A DNA stretch of 64,000 nucleotides from contig CAWFAK010000012.1 of the NCBI GenBank assembly GCA_963813715.1, forward strand, positions 399,193-463,192, given 5' to 3'. The DNA comes from an uncultured Planctomycetaceae bacterium (GTDB taxonomy: Bacteria > Planctomycetota > Planctomycetia > Planctomycetales > Planctomycetaceae). The notes under the pieces were generated by a model, which was given only the letters and a program-made list of their open reading frames with translations, was not told the DNA's origin and ran no database searches. This document shows positions 54,250-64,000 of the stretch, piece by piece. Numbering within the stretch: position 1 is the stretch's first letter; each line of letters begins with the position of its first letter. The translations under genes and the position numbers were made by a program.

Positions 54250-54454
54250 TCCAGCAACCAAGACGACCATACCCCACCCGGCAGGGCGCCGCTTGCGGCG
54301 GCTCGCGGAGCGCAGGCCGCACCGGGTCCAGGGGCGCGCCCCTGGGCTTGAGGGGATTGGGGAATGTTGGGACACTACGCCCCCTTTTCTTGGTCGTCTC
54401 TTGGATCACCCGTTCGGTTTTGCTGGGCGGGGTCTGGTCTTGTCGTCCGCCTTT

Positions 54455-55058
54455 ATGACCCACAAGCGTTTGCTGCCGTTGGCGTTGGTCGTGTGCGCGC
54501 TGGCCGCGTCGTGCACGACCGTTCCGACGATGCCGCCGTCCGGGTCGCTGGCGAACGCTCCGCCGCAAACGCCGCCGTTGTTTCTGCCTGCCGGCAACGA
54601 TCCGAACGCGGAGCTGGCGGTCAACGAGCGGGCGATGGACGTGCTGCACTACTACAATTTCGAGGTCGACACGAGCAACCAGCTCGAAGGGACGATGGCC
54701 ACGTATTACAAGGTCGGCTCGGGCATCATCGAGCCCTGGCACAAAGAATCGGTGGGGTTGGCCAACCGGCTGGAGAGCACGGCCCAACCGATCCGCCGCA
54801 AGGTGCTGATTCATTTTGTGCGAGTCGACGGCGGCTACCTGGTCAGCGTCGAGGCGCTCAAGGAGATCGAGGATTCTCGCCAGCCCCAGCCCGAACTCGC
54901 CCGGCAACTCGACCTTCCGCGACACGTACCCGCTGCAGCGCGATTTGAACTTGGTCGTTGGCCAATCGACGCCTTCCGGCTGGATCCCCCGCGGACACGA
55001 CGTGGCCCTGGAGCAGGACATCCTGGCGCGGCTCAAAACGGCCTACAGCTGCCGGTGA
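54455..55058 (+). CDS. Hypothetical lipoprotein (frameshift ~54885)
   Basis: Lipobox AASC; YKVGSGIIEPW..NRLEST.QPIRR; continues GWIPRGHDVALEQDILARL in the next frame. Confidence 0.7.
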
Positions 55059-55137
55059 TGTGCAGCGCTGACCAGAGCGGCCGCATCGATGGGCGGCGCC
55101 CTTGCGGATCGGCCGTCGGTTTCGCACGATTCAACCT

Positions 55138-56553
<1,416 letters not shown>

Positions 56554-56605
56554 CGGCGGCCTTCTCTGAATCACTCGGTCGGGTATAATGAAGGACCACA
56601 CATGA

Positions 56606-56679
<74 letters not shown>

Positions 56680-56683
56680 CTGA

Positions 56684-56722
56684 AACCCCGCGGTTGCGAA
56701 TAGCGCAACCGCGGGGTTATTT
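56684..56722 (+). terminator. Intrinsic terminator after tRNA
   Basis: Perfect 15-bp stem AACCCCGCGGTTGCG/CGCAACCGCGGGGTT then ATTT. Confidence 0.8.
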
Positions 56723-56955
56723 GTTGCGCGGCGGTCTTGGCTGTTGGCGTCGCTTTCCCAAGTTCCACCAGCCTGAGGGTTTTACTGAGGTTCGGCCCCC
56801 CGCGTCGTCGCGAGCAATTATTCCCTAAAAGTCGGGCTGTCTGTGCCGGTTTTTACGATTGGAGCGAAAGTTCCGCTTTTGCGTGTGCCGAAGAATTGAG
56901 AAGGGACGGAGCAACGCCCGCGCGGCGTATCCGCGCAAATAAGGGGGGGTTCGGC

Positions 56956-57354
56956 ATGAGTCCAGCAGGTGAGAAAAGCGATCCGGTGTCTCTCGCGGAA
57001 CCCCAAACTCCATCGTCCGATATGCTGGAGTTCGTCAAGAACTTCATTCGCGACGATGCTCGAGTCAGCCAGAGGGGGGAATTCGCTCGGCATCCGCTCG
57101 TTTACGAGGCGATGACGATCCCGCTCGATGAACAGCTGCAGCCCGTTGGCCACCCGTTTAAAACGCTGGCCTGCAACGTGTCGTTGGCTGGGGCATCGTT
57201 GGTTCACAGTGAACCGATCGATGCCTCGTTCCTTCGGGTCTCTCTCGAAGTCGTCAACCTGGGCACGACAATGGTCGCGAAGGTCCGGCGGTCTCGGCAG
57301 ATCGAGCAGCAGTATTTTGAAGTCGACTGCGAATTCGTCTCGCGGGCTGCCTGA
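56956..57354 (+). CDS. PilZ-like domain protein
   Basis: QRGEFARHP (RxxxR-like), NVSLAGASL (D/NxSxxG), VDCEF. Confidence 0.65.
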   Translation: MSPAGEKSDPVSLAEPQTPSSDMLEFVKNFIRDDARVSQRGEFARHPLVYEAMTIPLDEQLQPVGHPFKTLACNVSLAGASLVHSEPIDASFLRVSLEVVNLGTTMVAKVRRSRQIEQQYFEVDCEFVSRAA

Positions 57355-57546
57355 CACGAGTAACCTCAGCAACTGCGCCTGCAAATCGCAAATCCGCTCG
57401 TCGATGTGTCGGGACAGATGCGGATGCCCGGTCGGCTCGTCTTTTGGGTTGGTTGCGGCTCGTTTCTTTGCCCCTTGCAAAGGGCTCCGGAGCAGGAGTT
57501 TTCTTTGCCAGCCACGACGACCTGTACCAAAAAGAGAGAACACCGC

Positions 57547-58707
57547 ATGCGAGTCGACCAGATTCGGGTCGATGAGGCCCAGGTTGTGGAAGAAGCCGAC
57601 AGCCTAAGACTCACCTTTCCAGTGACGCATGGACAAACGCAGACTCCCGTTTGGTTCACAGTCCGCAATGCAGACGCTGCACCCTCGGGAAATGCTGCTT
57701 TGGCGATTGCGTTGGTACCCGCAATGAGAGCTGCGCGATCGCTCGTACTCGCCGATTCACTTTCACCCAGACTCTTCGCGTCTCAAGCGGCTATCCAAAA
57801 GCTTTTTCAGGACTGGGACGACCGGTTCAACATCGTGGGGATCACTGCTCCTCTTGGCGAGCCCCCTCAGGCGTCAACCGGCGGAACCGGTCTTTTCTTC
57901 ACCGGCGGTGTCGACTCATTCTTTTCGTTGTTAAGGCATCGGGAAGAAATTACACATCTGATCTTTGTGCGCGGATTCGATCTCAAGCGTGATGATCAGG
58001 AGGTTGATTGTTCGGTGCTGCCGGCCATTCGAGCGGTGGCGGCCCAAATGAATAAAACTCTCGTCGAAGTCAGCACAAACATCCGAGAGTTTTCCGATCC
58101 CATCGTTGAGTGGGCACTCGATTACCATGGCACCGCCCTCGCCGCTGTGGCACTCCTTCTGGCCCCGACGCTGAGCAAGGTTTACGTCGCAGCGTCCCAT
58201 TCGGAAGGGGATACGTTTCGCTGGGGGTCGCATCTGTTACTCGACCCTCTTTACTCGACGGAAACGTTGTCATTGATCCATGATGGGGCGAATGCAACAC
58301 GTGTCGAGAAGGTGGCCGCTATTGCTGATGATCCGCTGGTGCAGCAGACACTAAGGGTGTGCAACAAAGCGGGCGCCTATAACTGCGGTCGTTGCGAAAA
58401 GTGTCTTCGCACAATGATCAACCTCCGGGTGGCGGGCGCGTTGGAGAAGGTTGTCACATTTGATCGTCGCCTACGATTAAATGAGGTGCGGCTGATACAC
58501 GTTCGCGACGAAAACAAGGCGTCATTCGTCTCGGAGAACCTAACGGCGCTTCGAGCGAAGGGCGTCGATGATGACCTGGCCTTGGCACTGAATGACGCGC
58601 TGAACCACCGCTTTTATAAAGGGTGGGGCCGACTGGAAAAGCCACTGATTAAAGGCATGAATCGGCTTGCGAATTGGCTACCGTCTCGCGGCGCGCGGGC
58701 ATCATGA
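57547..58707 (+). CDS. Hypothetical PP-loop/QueC-like protein
   Basis: FFTGGVDSF motif and RVC..NCGRCEKCLRT Cys cluster. Confidence 0.7.
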   Translation: MRVDQIRVDEAQVVEEADSLRLTFPVTHGQTQTPVWFTVRNADAAPSGNAALAIALVPAMRAARSLVLADSLSPRLFASQAAIQKLFQDWDDRFNIVGITAPLGEPPQASTGGTGLFFTGGVDSFFSLLRHREEITHLIFVRGFDLKRDDQEVDCSVLPAIRAVAAQMNKTLVEVSTNIREFSDPIVEWALDYHGTALAAVALLLAPTLSKVYVAASHSEGDTFRWGSHLLLDPLYSTETLSLIHDGANATRVEKVAAIADDPLVQQTLRVCNKAGAYNCGRCEKCLRTMINLRVAGALEKVVTFDRRLRLNEVRLIHVRDENKASFVSENLTALRAKGVDDDLALALNDALNHRFYKGWGRLEKPLIKGMNRLANWLPSRGARAS

Positions 58708-59118
58708 GCGTGGCCTGGATGAGCGACGAGCCGAGCGGGAAGGCCGGGCGGCGATGGCTCGCTCTTTGTTGCGTGCTCGGAGTCGCCGCACGCTTGGCGG
58801 CTTGGTGTTTCCAGGAACCGCCTCTGAGGCCTGAGGTTCGCCGCAACGGCTGCGCGAGAGGCCGGTCACGTCGTTCAATCTGGCGGACGCTGGCTTAGAT
58901 TGCCCGCGCAAAAAATTCTTCTCCACCCGCCAGACCCCTTCACGTGTTGCAATCGTTAAAGTTCGGCAACCTGAAGATTCGATAAATCCCTCAGAAATGA
59001 GGGGCAGTTGGTCGTTCCGCCAAATCGTGCGCGCACAACCTGACCCTCGGATCTTTGCTGTTTGGCTTACGCCGAACCGTTGGCGTAATCAAGCCACAGA
59101 CGCTGCGGGGGGATCTCG

Positions 59119-60357
59119 GTGGGCCTGCGTCGCAAGATTCGCTCCGTCATCGAACGCCACGTAGTGGTCCGTCACCTGATACGGCGGGCACGACGCGCGA
59201 TGGCTGATCGCCCGCGGTCGTCGGGCGTGCTGATCATGGGGTGGTACGGCAGGGAAACGACCGGGGACAAAGCCATCCTGGCGTCGCTGCTCGACAACAT
59301 CGCAGGCCACTCCGTTCGCATCTTGAAGTCGACGTATGACGTCGATTACAGCCGGCAGACGTTGAACGAGATCGAAGCGCCGACCGTTCGCTGCTTACCA
59401 AACGACATCGCCTCCTTCGTGAGGGCGCTCGACTGGGTCGACGTGATCGTCATCGGCGGCGGCCCGCTCAAGGAAAGCGGCCAAATGCTCGAATGGTCCG
59501 AGCGGGTGACAATTGCCAAAAGTCTCGGCAAGAAGATCATGGTTTACGGCTGTGGTATCGGCCCGTTGCATTCGGCGCCGGTTCGCCAGCATGTCGCTCA
59601 AATCCTGCGCCTGGCGGATCGAATCACACTGCGGGATGCCATCGCGGTCACCAACGCAACCGAGCTCGGAATCCCCGCGGATCGCATCACTCTCGCCGCC
59701 GACCCTGCGATGGGGTTCACGACCCCGTCAGTCAAATCCGCTGACCGGAATGGAGAACCGTTGAAGATTGGAGTTTCCTTGCGGCGGCTGAGCAAACACT
59801 ATGCGCCGACCGGCAAGGCGATCGAGGCGACCAGGCAAGAGTCGGCCTTTCACGATGCTGCCAAGCACACGCTCCGCCGCATCCTGCAAATGAACGAAGC
59901 TCGAGTCGTGCTCGTTCCCATGGCATTGCGTCGCAAGGATGATGATCGCGTCGTTCTGAAACAGATGCAGACGGAGCTTGGGCACGATCCGCGGATCTCA
60001 CTGATCGAGCGCTACGCTTCGCCCGCCGCACTCCTGGAGCATTTTAAAGGGTTCGACTTCTTCGTCGCGATGCGCTTCCATTCGGCTGTGTTCGCGATGC
60101 TCTCGGGGGTCCCCCTCGTGGCAATCGATTACGACAGTCGGGGTGGAAAGACCACCGGCCTCATGGAGGCGATGGGTCTCTCCGAGTTTGTGCTGAACAT
60201 TGCGGATGCGACGCCGGAGCGCCTCTGGACGCTGGTTGAAACGGGCCTCAGCCAACGTGCAGCGATCGCTCGTCGAATCGCAAAGAACCTCCCCGCGCTG
60301 CGGGATCGGGAGCGAGCCAATGGATCGACGCTGCGCGAGCTGCTCAAAGCCGCTTGA
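59119..60357 (+). CDS. Polysaccharide pyruvyl transferase family (CsaB/WcaK-like)
   Basis: GWYG.ETTGDKAIL, IGGG, GCGIGP, ITLRD, ADPA, AMRFHS. Confidence 0.88.
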   Translation: MGLRRKIRSVIERHVVVRHLIRRARRAMADRPRSSGVLIMGWYGRETTGDKAILASLLDNIAGHSVRILKSTYDVDYSRQTLNEIEAPTVRCLPNDIASFVRALDWVDVIVIGGGPLKESGQMLEWSERVTIAKSLGKKIMVYGCGIGPLHSAPVRQHVAQILRLADRITLRDAIAVTNATELGIPADRITLAADPAMGFTTPSVKSADRNGEPLKIGVSLRRLSKHYAPTGKAIEATRQESAFHDAAKHTLRRILQMNEARVVLVPMALRRKDDDRVVLKQMQTELGHDPRISLIERYASPAALLEHFKGFDFFVAMRFHSAVFAMLSGVPLVAIDYDSRGGKTTGLMEAMGLSEFVLNIADATPERLWTLVETGLSQRAAIARRIAKNLPALRDRERANGSTLRELLKAA

Positions 60358-60381
60358 TCGCCCGCTGCTGGTGGGGCTGCC

Positions 60382-61607
60382 ATGAGACTTTGTCTTTACA
60401 CCGAAACAGCGTTGCCGACAATCGGCGGCCAAGAGTTGGTCGTCGATGCGCTCGCCAAGGAATACACGAACCAGAGTCATGAGGTGGTCGTGCTCGCGCC
60501 CACCCGCGCGGGTCGTTAGTGGCTAACGATCGCCAGTTGCCCTATCGCGTGATCCGGCACCGGCGTTTTCTTTCGACGCGCCGGCTCATTGACTGGTATC
60601 AATATCCGCTCCTCAAACTTCATCGCCAGTTTCCGTTCGACGTCCTTCATTGTCACAGCGTCCATCCGTGCGGATATCTCGGCGCGTTGTGCCGAGACCG
60701 ATTGAAGGCAGCGCTCGTCTTAACCAGTCATGGGGGAGATATTCGGGAGGGCGGCGCGCGGATCCGCAAGCCCGGCGCACGATCCCGCGCCATCATGGCT
60801 CTGCGAGAGGCGGACGCCGTTGTGTCGATCAGCCGCTTCACAACGCAGGCCCTCATGAGCTTGGAGCCAGCGACCAAGATCGTCGAGATTCAAAACGGCG
60901 TCGATCTCACCTCCTTCGAGAATCAGTGGGCGCGCCCGCCACAACTCGACCCACGAATTCGAGCGGGCGAGTACGTGCTGTTTCTTGGGCGACTCCATTC
61001 GCGCAAAGGACTCGACATTTTGTTGGAAGCCTGGGCCGCGAGCCAGACGAAAACTGATCCGAGCAGGATGCTGGCAATAGGCGGTGATGGCGGCGAGTTC
61101 GAGGCGCTGAAGGAGCAGGCGCGGCAATTGGGAATTCTCCCAAGCGTCTGTTTTCTGGGACGGGTAACCGGTGCAACCAAGACCTGGCTTTTGCAAAATG
61201 CTCGATGCGGCTGCATGCCGTCGCGCGATTGGGAAGCGTTTCCCTTGGTTGTGATGGAAGCCTTTGCCGCTGGCAAGCCGATGATCGGCACTCGCATTCT
61301 CGGACTGAAAGACTTGATCACTCACGGAGAGACGGGCTGGCTCGTCGCGCCCGAATCACCGGCCGAACTGGCCGCAGCTCTTCACGAAATGTGGGTCGAT
61401 GATAGATCGTTGCTCAAGTATGGTGCAAACGCGCGCCGCACGGCTTTAGGGCATGGTTGGCCGTCCATCGCGGCCAGACATCTCGCGCTCTATCAAGCGC
61501 TCTGCGGGCCCGAAGCGCAGACGGCTTGCGCAAAGGATCGTCGAGAGAGGGAAACGTGCGACGCGCGAGAACGACTTGTGCGCCGTCCGACTCTCGCGAT
61601 CGGTTAA
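60382..61607 (+). CDS. Glycosyltransferase family 4 (frameshift ~60500)
   Basis: N-terminus MRLCLYTETALPTIGGQE in another frame; TSHGGD, FLGRL..RKG, EAFPLVVMEA. Confidence 0.88.
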
Positions 61608-61703
61608 TTCCGCCGTGGACTTCGCCCGTTTGCTGATGCCGATTCGACGCGCGCTCCCACGGCGGCACCGGCTCGGATCCGCCCACAACCCACGTCAAGA
61701 ATC

Positions 61704-63572
61704 TTACTCGGGCGAATCGGGCACGAGGTGCCACAGCTCGTCGCGGCCGCTTGCGGTCTTCGTCGTGAGCGATTTGCCATCCCGCGAGAGGAAAAACTCC
61801 TGCTGGCTGGCGGATTCCGGATGCTTTGTGTCGGGGAACTCGAGGATCAGTCCCTCGTCAACGGGGGCCCAGAATCGCGCCCCGGAGTCGTCGGGATGCT
61901 CTTTATCGAGATAGGTTCCGTCCGAAAACAGCACCATTTCTTTCCGCCCGGAAGTTTTCCCGCCTCGTCGCTTCGTTCTGTTGCTCTTGGTGGGAGTTGT
62001 TTCTGCCGTTGGCGCTCTCGATTGCCCAGGTGGCCACGGGATGCGGAGCCAAGACCTGCCCGGCCTCTTCGGTCAGGGCCGCTCTGAGCTTGTCGTCGTG
62101 AGCTTTCGCGGCGCGGTCGATGGCGCGATCGAAGGCTTTTCCGGCCGAGTCGTGCGCTTCCCGCAGGTCGGTGCCGTACTTTCGCAGCCAGCGCCGCATC
62201 GGGGCCGACCAGGGGATCAGCCCCTTGCTCTTGAAGGTCTCCTTTTCAGCGTCGACCACGGCCAGCAGGTCCGCGTCCTTCTTGCTCCCCTGGAGCTTTT
62301 TGATTTCGGCGTCAAATCGCCTGAGCAGGTCGTCGTTGGCCTTGTTCACCGCCTCGCTATATCTCGATTCAGCGCGGAACAGCTCGACATCCCGCAGCGG
62401 GAACTGGTCACCCGCGCCCGCCGCCGTCGCCGGGGCGAGTTCTTCGAAGTCGATCTCCTTGAAGATGACTTGAGTCGGGGGCGGGTTGCCGGCCATTCGC
62501 CAGGCGATCAGTCCGTCTTTGGGCAGCGAGGGGAAGTCGGCATTGATCATCTTGATGCCGTTGACTTCGATCAGGACGTGGGTCCCCTGGCAGCGAATGC
62601 GGAAGTGATTATCGGCGGGCTTGATGAACCGCTGCAGCTTGGGTGGCGATTGCCGCTCGACCGAGCCGCGCGGCTCGACGGCGACGCTGCCGGCGCGGGA
62701 ATTTTTTGCGTCGTCGCCCGCTGAGACGACGCACTCGTATCCGGACAGGCGGATTTTGTCCTGCTCTTGGAGTTTCGAACGGAACTGCACGCCACAGTCG
62801 CCGCTGGGACCGACGAACGAGACGCGGAATCGGAGGTCGAAGTCCCCGTAGGCCTGCCGGCTATACAGAAAGGCCGGCGCGGTCTGCCCGGCTGGCAGTG
62901 AGCCGACCAGCGTCCCGTTTTCGACTCTCCAAACGCCGGCGCTCCCTTCCCAACCCTGGAGATCCTGACCGTTGAAAAACGGTGCGGCACCCGGGCTCGC
63001 TGCCGCGACTTGCTCCGCGGGGTCCGCAGTTTTGCCAGGCGGAGTGGTCGCCGAAGGTGGTCCGGCCGTGTCTGGATCTTGGGAAGCGACCGGAGCCGGC
63101 GACTGCTTGACGTTCGGCCCGGGCTCATTCAACGCCGCCGCTTCTCCCGGCATCGTTGGGATCGCGGGTTGGCGGGCCTGAGCGGGTGAAGTGTTCTTGC
63201 CAAACGCGGGCTTGTGCGATTCGTCGGCAGGAGAAGCAGAAAGTTGAGCCTGCGCGTTTTGCCCGCTCGAGCGGGCCCCCGCTATCGTCGACTTCTCGAC
63301 CACGGGAGGGCCGGAGTTCTTGGACAGGTTCGAGAGGCTAAGTCCCAAGCCAATCCCAACGCCCAACACGAGAATTCCGGCACCAGCGAGAGCGGGCCAC
63401 AGGAGCTTCCGCGAGCGACTGGGCTGAAATGCCGTGCCGCGTTCTGATGCGACTCCGGTCGGGGGGAGCGGCGGCGGAACAGGCTGGACCGCGGCTGCCG
63501 GCGGACGTTTGGCGGGCGGACCTTGTGGAGAGCCCTGCGCGGGGCTGGCCGGTTCTTCGGGCTCTCGGTCAT
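61704..63572 (-). CDS. Membrane-anchored DUF1080-domain protein (frameshifts ~63540 and ~61940)
   Basis: Pro-rich N-terminus, one TM, FFNGQDLQGW, GDFDLRF, CGVQFRS, helical tail. Confidence 0.7.
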
Positions 63573-64000
63573 CGGTGCCGATGCCACCATCCGTGTGCGA
63601 ACCAAGGAGCGACCGGAGCAGGCTGGACCCAAAGGCCAGTGTTGCTCGCGATCGCTTGCTGCTCGGCGTTGCCCAGCGCCAGGTCGTAACCGTCGTCGGC
63701 GAGATTGAAAGCCATGCCGTCGTGAATCTGCCGCTCGTTGAGATTGACGCCGTCGTGGAGAAAGACGTGGGCCACCACCGTACCGTCGTGGTCGACGCCG
63801 ACCTGGAAGGTCCGCACGTGGTGATTCACGGCCAGCGCGGCGAGGTGTTGTTGGGATTCGGCGAAGAACGGTTGGCCGGGCAGCGGAGCGGCAACCCCGG
63901 CGAGCCGCACCGGCCGCGCGATGTTGGCCGCATTCAGAACTGAGAGCGTGTTGCCAGTGGGCGCGCTCACCACGAGTCCGGAATTTGAAGCCGGCAGATA
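63569..64000 (-). CDS. Thermonuclease (SNase)-like protein, 5' end outside window
   Basis: GNTL, VRLAGVAAP..GQPF, NLNERQIHDGMA, AEQQA..NTGLW. Confidence 0.7.
   Translation of the reverse strand, partial: YLPASNSGLVVSAPTGNTLSVLNAANIARPVRLAGVAAPLPGQPFFAESQQHLAALAVNHHVRTFQVGVDHDGTVVAHVFLHDGVNLNERQIHDGMAFNLADDGYDLALGNAEQQAIASNTGLWVQPAPVAPWFAHGWWHRHR

Noticed and set aside
53400..54450. Canonical oriC or dif
   Set aside because: No TTATCCACA-like DnaA boxes, no extended AT-rich unwinding element, no XerC/D consensus recognised
53802..54458. 218-aa ORF (and the 5' part of ORF 53978-55147) across the GGGAC array
   Set aside because: Composition is dictated by the DNA motif (GT/RD/GP), there is no family motif, and several frames are similarly open; treated as non-coding

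Overview
High-GC bacterial chromosomal window, most likely a planctomycete (ECF sigma factor/Ser-Thr kinase pair, DUF1080 and WD40 proteins, HTH-PTS IIA fusion, BlaI/M56 pair). About 13 genes carry apparent 1-bp frameshifts, probably long-read consensus errors. The region 3.5-19 kb is a stress/carbon-storage cluster (sensor kinase and response regulator, Nramp-USP, DUF1614-ftsH, DUF1328, glycogen debranching enzyme, treZ, glgX) with six sigma54-type -24/-12 promoters. Housekeeping genes include pntB, aroH, xylA, asnS and tRNA-fMet. A surface-glycan gene block follows the tRNA. The two most unusual elements are non-coding. (1) A ~1 kb intergenic locus at 53.5-54.4 kb built from dense short motifs (about 18 GGGAC and about 34 GGA in ~475 bp) around a central palindrome; it could be a CsrB-like sponge RNA or an iteron/protein-binding array. 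(2) A sigma54-driven ~110-nt structured leader with competing terminator/antiterminator hairpins in front of a DUF692-like gene that has lost most of its iron ligands. No CRISPR array, rRNA, transposase or integrase was recognised. All family calls and counts were made by eye.
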